64,000 nt of DNA, taken from assembly GCA_938041455.1 (NCBI GenBank), contig CALITO010000008.1:120416-184415 (forward strand), in the 5' to 3' direction. Made by a program: the position numbers and the translations under genes. This document shows, one piece after another, positions 11,397 to 21,769 of this stretch. Source of the DNA: an uncultured bacterium (GTDB lineage Bacteria; Armatimonadota; JACIXR01). Below the pieces are notes generated by a model that was given only the letters and a program-made list of their open reading frames with translations, ran no database searches and had not been told where the DNA came from. The stretch's first letter is position 1, and each line of letters begins with the position of its first letter.

Positions 11397-11825
11397 ATGA
11401 TAAGGCAATTGGCGGTATTTTTGGAGAATAAGCCGGGACAGCTTTCCGCCCTTGCGAGTTGCCTGGGTGAGGCAGGAGTAAACATACGAGCTTTATCCGT
11501 TGCTGAGACGAGAGATTATGGTGTTGTGAGGTTTATACCAAATGACCCTCTCAAGGCTAAGGAGGTGCTGTTAAAGGGAGGTTATGCAGTGATTGAAACG
11601 GAAGTCCTCGCTGTAAATGTTCCTGATAAACCTGGGGGATTGGCTTCTGTTATCAACCTCTTAGCAGAAGCTGGGATAAATATAGAATATGCTTATGCCA
11701 GCATTATAAGGTTGGAAGAGAGTGCCATACTTATCCTTCAGGTGGACAATAGGGAGCGAGCAGAGGAAATATTTAGAGAAGCAGGAATCTGCATGCTTTC
11801 CCAAGAGGATATCCGAACGATGTAG
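11397..11825 (+). CDS. tandem ACT-domain protein
   Basis: 142 aa with two copies of the ACT-like pattern (LAVFLENKPGQLSALASCLGEAGVNI and AVNVPDKPGGLASVINLLAEAGINI). Strong Shine-Dalgarno AAAGGAGGTG. Confidence 0.7.
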   Translation: MIRQLAVFLENKPGQLSALASCLGEAGVNIRALSVAETRDYGVVRFIPNDPLKAKEVLLKGGYAVIETEVLAVNVPDKPGGLASVINLLAEAGINIEYAYASIIRLEESAILILQVDNRERAEEIFREAGICMLSQEDIRTM

Positions 11826-11827
11826 GG

Positions 11828-12280
11828 ATGCGTATAGCAATCGGTAGTGACCACGCAGGCTATCAATTAAAGGAAGAAATTAAGGAATTTCTTAAAAGAG
11901 AGGGTTTTGGGGTAGAGGATTGTGGTGTTTATGACACCCAACCTGTAGACTATCCTGATATTGCTTTCCGGGTAGCTGAAAGGGTGGGGAGGGGAGAATT
12001 TGAGAGAGCTATCCTTGTTTGTGGCACCGGTATGGGTATGTGTATGGCTGCTGACAAGGTAAAGGGCATCAGATGTGCGGTTTGCTGGGACGAGACGAGC
12101 GCCCGCTTCGCCCGCACCCATAATGATGCTAACATTCTCGCCCTTGGTGCAAGGCTTATAGGAGCAGAGTTAGCTAAGAACATCGTTAAGGTATTCCTTT
12201 CTACCCCTTTCTCAGGTGAAGAAAGACACCAAAGAAGGATCAAGAAAATAGAGGAATATGAAAGAAAAATAAAGAGGTGA
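11828..12280 (+). CDS. rpiB: ribose-5-phosphate isomerase B
   Basis: [16 protein letters not shown]-terminus, CGTGMGM catalytic Cys loop, about 150 aa. Confidence 0.9.
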   Translation: MRIAIGSDHAGYQLKEEIKEFLKREGFGVEDCGVYDTQPVDYPDIAFRVAERVGRGEFERAILVCGTGMGMCMAADKVKGIRCAVCWDETSARFARTHNDANILALGARLIGAELAKNIVKVFLSTPFSGEERHQRRIKKIEEYERKIKR

Positions 12281-13560
12281 AACCTAAATTGAAAGAATTT
12301 CTCCAAGCTTCGCTGAAGGTAGTGGACCCCGATGTTTGGGAGGCGATAAAAGGGGAACTTACAAGGGAGAGGAACAAGTTGGAGCTTATCGCCTCGGAGA
12401 ACTTCGCCCCTCGAGCCGTTCTGGAGGCAGCGGGCTCAGTCATGACAAATAAATATGCGGAGGGCTATCCAGGTAGGCGATATTACGGAGGATGTGAATA
12501 TGTTGATATAGTGGAGAATTTGGCGATAGAGAGAGCTAAAGTTCTTTTTAAAGCGGAGCATGCCAATGTCCAACCCCATTCAGGAACTCAGGCAAATATG
12601 GCGGTCTATTTCGCGGTGCTTAAGCCGGGGGATACCATTATGGGTATGAATCTCTCCCATGGGGGGCATCTCACCCATGGGAGTCAGGTAAATTTCTCAG
12701 GGATTTTCTATAATGTGGTCTCCTATGGGGTCTCAAAGGAAACGGAGATGATAGATTACGAGGAGGTTTATCGGCTCGCAGTTCAGCATAAACCGAAGAT
12801 AATAATAGCGGGTGCCTCTGCTTATCCGAGAATTATAGATTTTCAAAGATTCCGAGAGATAGCAGATGAGGTAGGTGCTCTTTTAATGGTAGATATGGCA
12901 CATATAGCTGGGTTAGTGGCAGCGGAAATCCATCCCTCTCCTGTGCCCCATTCCCACTTCGTCACATCAACAACTCATAAAACTCTCAGGGGCCCTCGTT
13001 CTGGCTTCATACTCTGCAAGGAGGAATATGCCAAAACGATAGACAAAATGGTTATGCCAGGAATGCAGGGGGGGCCCTTGATGCATATAATCGCTGCTAA
13101 AGCGGTATGTTTCAAACTGGCTATGACCGAGGAATTCAAAATTTATCAGGAAAAAGTAGTAAGAAACGCCAAGGCTTTAGCTAAGGCATTAGCCGATAGA
13201 GGATTTCGCATCGTTTCGGGGGGGACTGATAATCACCTTATGCTTGTAGATGTGAAATCAAAAGGGCTAACCGGTAAGCAAGCGGAGCTACTACTGGATG
13301 GGGTAAATATCACTGTTAACAAGAATCTCATACCATTTGATGAGGAGAAACCAATGGTTACTTCTGGAATAAGGTTGGGGACACCGGCCCTAACGACAAG
13401 AGGCATGAGGGAAAGGGAAATGGAGGAAATAGGAGATATTATAGCCAGCGTTCTTCTCCACCCTGAAGATGAAAATGTCAAAGAACAAGCACGCAAGAGG
13501 GTGGCAAGGCTATGCGAAGAATTTCCCCTCTACGAGAATTTGGACGAGTTATGGAATTAA
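12277..13560 (+). CDS. glyA: serine hydroxymethyltransferase
   Basis: [22 protein letters not shown] and [12 protein letters not shown] (PLP lysine). The GTG start overlaps the rpiB stop as GTGA. The TTG at 12289 is an alternative start. Confidence 0.95.
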   Translation: MKPKLKEFLQASLKVVDPDVWEAIKGELTRERNKLELIASENFAPRAVLEAAGSVMTNKYAEGYPGRRYYGGCEYVDIVENLAIERAKVLFKAEHANVQPHSGTQANMAVYFAVLKPGDTIMGMNLSHGGHLTHGSQVNFSGIFYNVVSYGVSKETEMIDYEEVYRLAVQHKPKIIIAGASAYPRIIDFQRFREIADEVGALLMVDMAHIAGLVAAEIHPSPVPHSHFVTSTTHKTLRGPRSGFILCKEEYAKTIDKMVMPGMQGGPLMHIIAAKAVCFKLAMTEEFKIYQEKVVRNAKALAKALADRGFRIVSGGTDNHLMLVDVKSKGLTGKQAELLLDGVNITVNKNLIPFDEEKPMVTSGIRLGTPALTTRGMREREMEEIGDIIASVLLHPEDENVKEQARKRVARLCEEFPLYENLDELWN

Positions 13561-14006
13561 TAAAGTCAAGACCTTCTTGGGATGAGTATTTTATGGAGAT
13601 AGCAAGGGTTGTGGCGAGCCGTTCCACTTGTTTAAGAAGACAAGTGGGAGCGGTGTTGGTCAGGGAGAAAAGGATATTGACGACGGGATACAATGGAGCT
13701 CCCAGGGGACTTGCTCACTGCCTTGAGATAGGTTGTTTAAGAGAACAATTGGGGATACCATCGGGGGAAAGACAGGAACTATGTCGTGGATTGCACGCTG
13801 AACAAAACGCTGTCATCCAAGCTGCTTATCACGGTGTTTCTATTCGGGGAGCTACCCTTTATTGCACCCATCAGCCATGCATCACCTGTGCTAAGATGCT
13901 GATCAACGCGGGTATAGAAAAGATAATCTACGAAGAAGCATATCCCGATGAGCTGGCAGAACAGATGTTAAGGGAGGCAGGGGTGAAGCTTGTAAAGATA
14001 AAATGA
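13551..14006 (+). CDS. dCMP deaminase (ComEB/Dcd-type zinc deaminase)
   Basis: The ATG at 13551 gives [18 protein letters not shown]. Zinc motifs HAEQNA and [13 protein letters not shown] are present. It overlaps the glyA end by 10 nt. Confidence 0.85.
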   Translation: MELIKSRPSWDEYFMEIARVVASRSTCLRRQVGAVLVREKRILTTGYNGAPRGLAHCLEIGCLREQLGIPSGERQELCRGLHAEQNAVIQAAYHGVSIRGATLYCTHQPCITCAKMLINAGIEKIIYEEAYPDELAEQMLREAGVKLVKIK

Positions 14007-14944
14007 GGTGGTTGATATTTTCTTTTACTATTGCTTTTATTGTTTCTTTTCTATTGACTCCTCTTTCTATGGAATTAGCTAAAAGGATGGGAGCGGTTGC
14101 TATCCCTGACGAGAGGCGAAAGCATAGGGGATACATTCCTCAGCTTGGTGGTTTGGCGATATTTATAGCCTTTCTCTCCACTTCCTTTCTTTTAAATCGT
14201 CTGAGATTGATAGCTTGGAGCGGCGGATATAACGCGCTTATCATTGGGGGCGGGCTAATAATTGTCCTCGGTATGTTAGACGATGTCTTTGAACTCCCCC
14301 CTTTTGTAAAATTCCTCGGGCAAGCAGTGGTTGCCTCTCTGACCATTGCCCTCGGATTAAGGGTAACAGTTCTATCTTCCCCTTTCAATGATAGGCTTAT
14401 CCATTTGGGCTGGGTGGGGAGCCTAGCCACCTTCCTTTGGATAGTAGGAATGGTGAACGCTGTGAATTTCATAGATGGTTTGGATGGATTGGCTGCAGGG
14501 ATATGCACTATTTCAGCGGGAGCCCTTTTAATCTTAGCTCTCCTTCTTAACAGGGCAGAGGTAGCCCTACTTTTCGCCACTTTAGCGGGTTCCAGTCTTG
14601 GCTTCCTTCCTTTCAACTTTTACCCCGCAAAAACCTTTATGGGTGATACGGGCGCGATGTTTCTCGGATACACTATAGCTGCCCTTTCGGTTATGGGAGC
14701 AGTTAAAACAGCGCTACTTGTATCTATAGGTGTGCCCTTTTTTGTCTTAGCTATCCCCATAATAGACGCTTTTTTCGTCACCTCTAAAAGAATGGCCAAC
14801 AAGCGCTCCCCCTTTAGAGGTGATAGAGGGCATATACATTTTACCCTTTTGGATATGGGCTATAGCGAGAGGGAAGTGGTTTTAATTCTCTATTTGGCTA
14901 CTCTATTGTTTTCTGTCTTAGCCCTTTTTCTGGCGAGGAGCTGA
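14003..14944 (+). CDS. polyprenyl-phosphate N-acetylhexosamine-1-phosphate transferase (WecA/TagO/MraY-like, GT4 family)
   Basis: Polytopic membrane protein with the [15 protein letters not shown] motif. ATGA overlap with the upstream gene. Confidence 0.8.
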   Translation: MRWLIFSFTIAFIVSFLLTPLSMELAKRMGAVAIPDERRKHRGYIPQLGGLAIFIAFLSTSFLLNRLRLIAWSGGYNALIIGGGLIIVLGMLDDVFELPPFVKFLGQAVVASLTIALGLRVTVLSSPFNDRLIHLGWVGSLATFLWIVGMVNAVNFIDGLDGLAAGICTISAGALLILALLLNRAEVALLFATLAGSSLGFLPFNFYPAKTFMGDTGAMFLGYTIAALSVMGAVKTALLVSIGVPFFVLAIPIIDAFFVTSKRMANKRSPFRGDRGHIHFTLLDMGYSEREVVLILYLATLLFSVLALFLARS

Positions 14945-14946
14945 AG

Positions 14947-16071
14947 ATGAAGGTTCTTTGTATAGTGGGAACAAGACCTGACACAATAAAAATGGCGCCG
15001 GTGATAAAGAAAATAGAGAAAGACAAAAGGTTTGAGGTAAAGGTTCTCGCCTCCGCCCAACATAGGGAAATGTTGGATATAGCGTTAAGGGATTTTGAAA
15101 TAACACCCGCTTACGATTTAAATGTTATGAGGAGACTCCAAAGTTTAGAGAAGCTGTCTGCTCGTCTATTAGAGGGGGTGGGGAAAATTATGAGCAGGGA
15201 AAAACCCGATATAGTTATACTGCAGGGAGATACTACCACCACATTTATATCTTCTCTAGTTGCTTTTTATTATCGGATACCTGTGGCTCATTTGGAAGCG
15301 GGACTTAGAACAAACAACAAATATGCACCTTTCCCTGAAGAAATAAACAGACGCCTAGTCACTCATATCGCGGACATTCATTTCGCCCCCACTGAAAAAG
15401 CAAAAAATAATCTCCTTAAGGAAGGAGTGGAAGAGGAGAAGATATTTGTTACTGGGAACACAGTTATAGACGCCTTGGAAATGGCTTTGAAAATTCCTTG
15501 TCAGCTACCCATTTCCCCTGGAGGGCGCTACATAATCTTAACTATTCACAGAAGAGAAAATTGGGGTGAGCCTATCGAGCGGGTCGCTAAAGCGGTGAGT
15601 AGGTTATTGGAGAAATTCCCCGATTTGGAACTCGTGTTTCCCGTGCATAAGAATCCCCTTATCCGGAAATCCATCAAACCATTGCTCAAAGGTGAGAGGG
15701 TGCATTTGTTAGAACCTTTGTCTTTCATCCCCTTTGTTCACCTTATGCAAGGTGCTCGTCTAATTTTGACCGACTCGGGAGGCATACAAGAGGAAGCTTC
15801 CTATTTAGGTAAACCACTTTTAATCCTTCGAGAAGTAACAGAACGCCCGGAGGTGTTAAAGGCAGGCTGTGGAATATTAGTTGGCACGGACGAGGTAAAG
15901 ATTTTAAGGGAAAGCGAAAAACTCTTGCTTAATCAAGAAGAATATTTGAAAATGGCAAGGAGAGTAAAAATATTTGGCGATGGCAAAGCCGCTGAACGAG
16001 TCTATCAAGCTCTCCTTTATTTCATAGGTTGGAGAAAAGAAATAGTGGAGGAATTCAAGCCGGAATGTTAG
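14947..16071 (+). CDS. wecB: UDP-N-acetylglucosamine 2-epimerase
   Basis: MKVLCIVGTRPDTIKMAPV, TIHRRENWG and LTDSGGIQEEA motifs. Confidence 0.9.
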   Translation: MKVLCIVGTRPDTIKMAPVIKKIEKDKRFEVKVLASAQHREMLDIALRDFEITPAYDLNVMRRLQSLEKLSARLLEGVGKIMSREKPDIVILQGDTTTTFISSLVAFYYRIPVAHLEAGLRTNNKYAPFPEEINRRLVTHIADIHFAPTEKAKNNLLKEGVEEEKIFVTGNTVIDALEMALKIPCQLPISPGGRYIILTIHRRENWGEPIERVAKAVSRLLEKFPDLELVFPVHKNPLIRKSIKPLLKGERVHLLEPLSFIPFVHLMQGARLILTDSGGIQEEASYLGKPLLILREVTERPEVLKAGCGILVGTDEVKILRESEKLLLNQEEYLKMARRVKIFGDGKAAERVYQALLYFIGWRKEIVEEFKPEC

Positions 16072-17120
16072 GAAGAAGGGAGTTTTTTACTGTCTTTCTT
16101 TGGAGACTTATACTGATAGCGGGGGTGGCCTACTTCCTCTGGAGGATAAGGTCGCTCCTGGTTGTTGTTGTGCTTGCTGTAATCATCTATTACTGTGTTG
16201 CTCCTTTTATAAAAGGGCTTTGCCGACGAAAGTTTTGGGGGAGAATAAAATGGAATACTCGTCGGGTGATAAGCGCTATTCTGGTGATCTTTGTGTTCTT
16301 GGGAGTAGTGATAGCAGGTTCCTATTTCCTCGTTGGTCCTTTAGTAGACGAAGCGAGGAATCTGCGGGTGAATATAGCTCAATATACCAAGGTTTTGATA
16401 AAGTTTGGCGAGGATATCCAACAGAAGTTCCTAGGACTTCCCCCATATTATCAGGAGATAATAGCTAGCGAGCTATCCAGGATAAGCGAAAGGCTCCGTG
16501 AGGGTTTAGGTGTAATCTTAGAGAAAACCGCGGCCGCTCTCGGACACATAATAGAGATATTTCTTATCCCTATAATTGCTTTCTATTTGGCTATAGGGGC
16601 TAAGGGCTTAAGGAGAGAGTTATTTATTTTCATTCCTCGAAAACATACCCGAAGAGCGCTTTTAATATTGAGTGCTATGGACAAGGCGATGAGGCAGTAT
16701 ATAGTGGGACAATTCATCGCCTGTCTTATTCTTTGGATTACAGTATGGGGTGGACTCGCTATTATGAGGATAGATTTCCCCCTCTTCTTGGGTGTTATAG
16801 CGGGCGTGACCAGGGCTATTCCCGTCATTGGACCAATAGTAGGAGGAGCTCCTATAGTTCTCCTTGCGCTTGTGCAATCTCCGATACTCGCCCTCTATGT
16901 ATTGATATTTTTTTCCGTCCTTCAATTTATAGATTCGAAGTTCATCCTACCCCTTTTCATCGGACACTATGTGAGACTTCACCCCGTCACCATAGTTATT
17001 GCTATATTTATCGGGGGAGAATTCTTCGGAATATTGGGAATGTTTATGGCGACGCCCGTTGCTGCGGCGGTTAAGTCTATTTTCCAAGTCCTTTACGCCC
17101 CAGGGGGGAAGACCTTATGA
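16065..17120 (+). CDS. AI-2E/PerM-family (UPF0118) membrane transporter
   Basis: About 8 hydrophobic segments with C-terminal GEFFGILGMFMATPVAAAVKSIF, typical of this family. I prefer the ATG at 16065 (short overlap with wecB). Confidence 0.7.
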   Translation: MLGRREFFTVFLWRLILIAGVAYFLWRIRSLLVVVVLAVIIYYCVAPFIKGLCRRKFWGRIKWNTRRVISAILVIFVFLGVVIAGSYFLVGPLVDEARNLRVNIAQYTKVLIKFGEDIQQKFLGLPPYYQEIIASELSRISERLREGLGVILEKTAAALGHIIEIFLIPIIAFYLAIGAKGLRRELFIFIPRKHTRRALLILSAMDKAMRQYIVGQFIACLILWITVWGGLAIMRIDFPLFLGVIAGVTRAIPVIGPIVGGAPIVLLALVQSPILALYVLIFFSVLQFIDSKFILPLFIGHYVRLHPVTIVIAIFIGGEFFGILGMFMATPVAAAVKSIFQVLYAPGGKTL

Positions 17121-18178
17121 AGGGATTACTCCTTTCTGGTGGAAAGGGCACGAGGATGAGACCACTCACCTATACTGCTGCCAAGCAACTGCTCCCCGTG
17201 GCAAACAAGCCCGTGCTCTTTTACGCCATAGAAACATTGCTCTCAGCGGGGATAACAGATATAGGTATAGTGGTAGGAGAAACCAAAGGGGAGATAATAA
17301 AGGCGGTGGGGAATGGCTCCCGCTGGGGGATAAATCTGACCTACATAGAGCAAGAAACACCCGCAGGGCTAGCCCATGCGGTGAAGGTATCAAAGCATTT
17401 CTTGCAAGAGGAACCCTTCATCATGTTTCTTGGGGATAATATCATAAAAGAAGGGGTCAAAAGCTTTGTGGAGGAATTCGAAAGGGAGAAGCCTGATGCT
17501 CTAGTTTTACTTTCCCCTACGAAGAATCCCCAAAGATTTGGTGTAGCTATTCTGGAAGGTGGGAAAATAACCAGGTTAGTGGAAAAACCCGTGCCTCCTC
17601 CAAGCAACCTTGCCCTTGTGGGTTGCTATATATTTAATAAGCACATTTTCTCTGCCTGTGAGGAGATAAAACCCTCAAAGCGAGGGGAGTTGGAGATAAC
17701 CGATGCTATACAGTGGTTGATAGATAGAGGTTACCAAGTGGGATATCATATTATTAAAGGGTGGTGGAAGGACACGGGAATGGCGGAAGATTTGTTGGAA
17801 GCTAACAGATTGATATTGGAAGAGATAGAGGAGGAGATAGAGGGTGAGGTTGACGAATTGACAAAGATAATGGGTAGGGTAAAAATAGGGAAGGGGAGCA
17901 AGATAAAGAACAGCGTTCTGAGGGGTCCTTTGATCATCGGCGAGAATTGCCTGATAGAAGATTCCTACATTGGACCATTTACCTCGGTTGGAAATGATGT
18001 GAAGGTTAAGGAGACTGAGCTCGAACACTCCATAATAATGGATGAATGCGAGATACACCTTAGAGAGAGGATAGAAGATAGTATACTGGGCAAGGGCGTG
18101 ATTGTGCGGAAAGTGGAAAAGCGTCCTTTAAGTTATAAATTTGTGGCAGGAGACCGCAGCATCTTGGAGGTGATGTAA
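17117..18178 (+). CDS. glucose-1-phosphate thymidylyl/nucleotidyl-transferase, long form with C-terminal left-handed beta-helix
   Basis: GLLLSGGKGTRMRPLTYTAAKQLLPVANKP signature. The C-terminal hexapeptide-repeat region runs about 100 aa. ATGA overlap upstream. Confidence 0.8.
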   Translation: MKGLLLSGGKGTRMRPLTYTAAKQLLPVANKPVLFYAIETLLSAGITDIGIVVGETKGEIIKAVGNGSRWGINLTYIEQETPAGLAHAVKVSKHFLQEEPFIMFLGDNIIKEGVKSFVEEFEREKPDALVLLSPTKNPQRFGVAILEGGKITRLVEKPVPPPSNLALVGCYIFNKHIFSACEEIKPSKRGELEITDAIQWLIDRGYQVGYHIIKGWWKDTGMAEDLLEANRLILEEIEEEIEGEVDELTKIMGRVKIGKGSKIKNSVLRGPLIIGENCLIEDSYIGPFTSVGNDVKVKETELEHSIIMDECEIHLRERIEDSILGKGVIVRKVEKRPLSYKFVAGDRSILEVM

Positions 18179-18637
18179 ATGGGATTAATCGAAGGGGTAA
18201 AATTAAAGGTTCTAAAGCCAATTCCCGACGATAGGGGATGGTTGATGGAAATATTGCGTTGTGATGACGAGCTTTACGAGAGATTTGGACAAGTTTATTT
18301 GACCGTTTGCTACAAAGATGTTGTCAAAGCGTGGCATTACCACAAAATTCAAACCGACTACCTTGCGGTTGTTAAGGGAATGGCACAGGTTGCCCTCTAT
18401 GATATGAGGAAGGATTCATCTACTAAAGGGGAAGTAAATGAGTTCTTTATCGGCGAGCTTAACCCAATTTTAATCAAAATACCACCTATGGTAGCCCATG
18501 GTTTTAAAGCAATTGGGGAAAACGCCTATATGATAAATGTCCCCACCGAGCCATATAATAGAGAGAATCCCGATGAGTATCGTCTACCGTGGAATGCCCC
18601 TCATATACCATATAATTGGGAGGTGAGGTTCAGATGA
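18179..18637 (+). CDS. RmlC-like cupin (dTDP-4-dehydrorhamnose 3,5-epimerase family or related sugar ketoisomerase)
   Basis: 152 aa with DDRGWLMEI, KAWHYHKIQTDYLAVVKG, YDMRKDSSTKG and PPMVAHGF, following the RmlC pattern. Confidence 0.65.
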   Translation: MGLIEGVKLKVLKPIPDDRGWLMEILRCDDELYERFGQVYLTVCYKDVVKAWHYHKIQTDYLAVVKGMAQVALYDMRKDSSTKGEVNEFFIGELNPILIKIPPMVAHGFKAIGENAYMINVPTEPYNRENPDEYRLPWNAPHIPYNWEVRFR

Positions 18638-19923
18638 TAGCAGAAACATTAGAAGTTCACCTTCCATATGGGGAGAAAGAAATTCCACTCCAACTACCGG
18701 CCCGTAGGGTTAAAGCTATTTTAAATAGCAAGTTCGCACCTGCATTGAAGGATATTGAGGAAAAAATAAGGGAGTCTTTGGATAATCCCATATATTCTCC
18801 CCCTTTGAGGGAGATTGCTAAGGAGAAAAGAAATGCCTGCGTTGTTATTTCTGATGTCACTCGTCCTATCCCAAATAAAGTGATTTTGCCTCCCTTATTA
18901 ACCTATCTGGAAGAAGTAGGAATTAAAAGAGAAAATATCTTAATATTGATTGCAACAGGACTACATCGTCCCAATTTAGGGGAGGAATTAGAGAAGATGG
19001 TAGGAAAGGAGATAGCGAACAACTATCGGATAGAAAATCATATAGCAAGGGACAAATCCCAGCAGAAATATCTCGGCACGACACAAAGGGGAACGGAGAT
19101 ATGGATAAACAAATTATATGTGGAAGCAGATTTGAAGATTTTGACAGGATTAATAGAGCCCCATTTTATGGGGGGTTATTCAGGGGGAAGGAAAAGTATC
19201 TGCCCCGGGATAGCCGGAGTGGATACAGTGAAGATACAGCATGGTCCCCAATTTCTTGAACATCCGAACGCCGATAATGGTATTATAGAGGGTAACCCCT
19301 TCCACGAGGAAGCTCTGGAAATAGCCAAAAAGGTAGGGGTAGATTTCATTTTGAATGTAACGATAAATAAGCAAAGGGAGGTAACCGGTGTCTTCGGAGG
19401 TCATCTGGAAAAAGCCTGGGAGGAAGGTGTCAGATTTCTTGAGCAATTTGTAAAGGTTAGTATAGAGGAACCCGTGGAGGTTGTTCTTACCCACGGAGGA
19501 GGGGCACCACTTGATGCTACTTTCTACCAAACGGTTAAGGGAATGGTGGGCGCACTTCCCATACTGAAACCTGGGGGAACGATTATCATCGCTTCTTCTT
19601 GCTCTGAAGGTGTGGGAAGTGAGGAATTCAAAAGGCTTCTTTGGGAATCGGAATCCCTGGAGAAGACGGTTGAGAAGATGTATGACCCGGAGAATTTCGT
19701 CATCGACCAATGGGAAGTGGAGGAGTTGGCGAAGGTTTATAAGAAAGCCAAAGATGTATATCTTTATACGGATGGTCTGAACGAGGAAGAATTAAAACAT
19801 TGCTTTGTTAAACCAGTGAGGGATTTAGAAAGGACGATTATCGATGTATTGGAAAGTTACGGAGAGGGTGCCAAGTTAGCGGTTATCTCTGAGGGACCCT
19901 ACATAATTCCTTATATTAAATAA
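18634..19923 (+). CDS. LarA-like nickel-pincer-dependent racemase/epimerase (DUF2088 family)
   Basis: VVISDVTRPIP, ATGLHRP, IEPHFMGGYSGGRKSICPGIAG and a following QHGP His. These match the LarA substrate, catalytic-His and cofactor-Lys motifs by pattern. The ATG at 18634 overlaps the upstream stop as ATGA. Confidence 0.75.
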   Translation: MIAETLEVHLPYGEKEIPLQLPARRVKAILNSKFAPALKDIEEKIRESLDNPIYSPPLREIAKEKRNACVVISDVTRPIPNKVILPPLLTYLEEVGIKRENILILIATGLHRPNLGEELEKMVGKEIANNYRIENHIARDKSQQKYLGTTQRGTEIWINKLYVEADLKILTGLIEPHFMGGYSGGRKSICPGIAGVDTVKIQHGPQFLEHPNADNGIIEGNPFHEEALEIAKKVGVDFILNVTINKQREVTGVFGGHLEKAWEEGVRFLEQFVKVSIEEPVEVVLTHGGGAPLDATFYQTVKGMVGALPILKPGGTIIIASSCSEGVGSEEFKRLLWESESLEKTVEKMYDPENFVIDQWEVEELAKVYKKAKDVYLYTDGLNEEELKHCFVKPVRDLERTIIDVLESYGEGAKLAVISEGPYIIPYIK

Positions 19924-19924
19924 A

Positions 19925-20392
19925 ATGAGAGAGGATCTCGTAGTTTGTCCTTATTGTGAGGCTATTAATAGGAAGGGCAGTAAATACTGCCGGAAGTGCG
20001 GAGCAAGGATTCCTGCCGCTTCCTCCAAAGATATAGCCCAGATATTACTTTCTGCAAGTCTTAATTTAGCAAATAGCAGGTATGCTGAGGCGGAGAGGGA
20101 ATGTAGGTGGGTGATAGAGAACGACCCCTTTAATGCAGATGCTCATTCTATATTAGGGGATATATTGGAAAGGAAGGGGGAGCTTCCCTCGGCAATAGAA
20201 GAATACAAAGAAGCAGTAAGGCTTGCCCCAAACGAGCGTTTTTTCCGAGCCCGCTTGGAGGAGTTGAGCAGGAAAAAGGCACACAAAGCTCCCCCCTTGA
20301 AACACTTTCTTCTCTGGCTCATTTCCCTCTCTTTTTTAATCTTTTTACTCTATCGTCTCCTCTCCCTCATTATAACCCAGGGCAGTAACTGA
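19925..20392 (+). CDS. zinc-ribbon / TPR protein with a C-terminal transmembrane anchor
   Basis: CPYCEAINRKGSKYCRKCG zinc ribbon, TPR-like helices and a hydrophobic tail LLWLISLSFLIFLLYRLLSLII. Confidence 0.5.
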   Translation: MREDLVVCPYCEAINRKGSKYCRKCGARIPAASSKDIAQILLSASLNLANSRYAEAERECRWVIENDPFNADAHSILGDILERKGELPSAIEEYKEAVRLAPNERFFRARLEELSRKKAHKAPPLKHFLLWLISLSFLIFLLYRLLSLIITQGSN

Positions 20393-20476
20393 GTGAATAT
20401 CGTCAAGATATTCTAACAAATCCTTGACATTGTTTTGACATAATGCCCTGTTATAGTAATTTAAGAGGTGATTTTT

Positions 20477-21754
20477 ATGTTTCCTTATGCCTGGAAAGAG
20501 ATCACAAGGCGAAAAGCTCGTTCTACTTTAACCATTGTTAGTATATTGTTGAGCATAGCTCTTCTGGTAGCAGTGCTTTCGATAATAGAGTTTTTCCGAG
20601 AGGCTATGAAGCTACCTTTCACAACCGCTGGCACCAATATAGCAGTGGAAACATTTATAGAGCCAGGACCCTTCAAGAAGATACGTCAAGCGAGACACCT
20701 GGGGGCTCTCCCCGATAGTCTCATACCTCAAATAAGCCAGATACCCGGTGTCCAGGATGTAGTAGGGGTGCTACTTTTCTGGGACTACCACCCTGAGGAT
20801 GAGAAAAATCCTATGTATAATTGTGCAGGTATCGACCCTGCCAAACCCAATATCGGACCACTTTCCCTTGCTCCTGCTCCCGGCCAGATATATGTGGTGT
20901 TAGAGGGACGCTCCTTCAGCTTGGACGATAAATATGCGGCTATTATAGATAAAAGATTTGCCCAAGCGAAGAATTTGAAAATAGGCGATCGTATAGAAAT
21001 CGGCCATGAAAATTTTGAAATCATAGGGTTAGCGGATATGCAGGGGCTCCCCCGTGTGGCACAAGCGGAGATCTTCATTCCCCTCGCTACTGCAAAAGAA
21101 TTAGTACACTTTGACCAGCCCAATTTCCCTCCTGACGCGGTTAACATGCTCCTCGTCAAGGTAGAGAAACCCCGAACGGCGGAGGAGTTGAAGCCTCAAA
21201 TAAAAAAGATAGTTACCCAAGCAACCGGCTTGAAACCTGAGCAGGTGAAAGTTTTAACCGCAGAGGCAATCCTACCTGATACGACGGGTGTTTCTCAACT
21301 TACTCAGACGATGATGAAAGTATTGAGTATTATCATCGTCTTCGGTGTTGCGATACTGGTGATGAGAACGGCTGTCGCTACAATAGGGGAACGAACTAGA
21401 GAAATAGGGATAATGAAGGCACTGGGTTGGAAAAACAGCGATATATCTAAATTGATGGTGCTCGAGATGGCAATCCAGACTACTTTGGGAGGTATTATAG
21501 GTATAACAGGGGGCTACGCTGTGGCTTATATCTATGCCTCTACTATCAAGCTTACACTTCCCCCCTCACTTCTTCCCTATTCCTGTATCCCCGCTGCCGC
21601 TCCACCACAAAGTTTAAAGGTAAGTATGCAATTTCATCCCTGGATTTTCTGTATCGCCTTGGTAGTGTCAATAGTGGTGGGTATCACAGCGGGATATTTG
21701 GCAGCCCGTAAGGCAGCTTCCCTTCAGCCTGCCCAGGCTATCAGGGCTCTATAA
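20477..21754 (+). CDS. ABC transporter permease, FtsX/MacB/LolC-like
   Basis: N-terminal TM, a periplasmic domain of about 230 aa and a C-terminal 3-TM FtsX-type module. I prefer the ATG at 20477 (GAGGTG 7 nt upstream). Confidence 0.75.
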   Translation: MFPYAWKEITRRKARSTLTIVSILLSIALLVAVLSIIEFFREAMKLPFTTAGTNIAVETFIEPGPFKKIRQARHLGALPDSLIPQISQIPGVQDVVGVLLFWDYHPEDEKNPMYNCAGIDPAKPNIGPLSLAPAPGQIYVVLEGRSFSLDDKYAAIIDKRFAQAKNLKIGDRIEIGHENFEIIGLADMQGLPRVAQAEIFIPLATAKELVHFDQPNFPPDAVNMLLVKVEKPRTAEELKPQIKKIVTQATGLKPEQVKVLTAEAILPDTTGVSQLTQTMMKVLSIIIVFGVAILVMRTAVATIGERTREIGIMKALGWKNSDISKLMVLEMAIQTTLGGIIGITGGYAVAYIYASTIKLTLPPSLLPYSCIPAAAPPQSLKVSMQFHPWIFCIALVVSIVVGITAGYLAARKAASLQPAQAIRAL

Positions 21755-21769
21755 AGGAGGTGAAAATTA

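Noticed and set aside
20424-20457. Two TTGACA hexamers 11 nt apart (20424, 20435) and a TATAGT (20452) upstream of the ABC operon, considered as a promoter or operator.
   Set aside because: Spacers to the -10 would be 22 or 11 nt, and neither fits sigma-70 geometry. The direct repeat might be a regulator site, but I cannot support that without comparative data.
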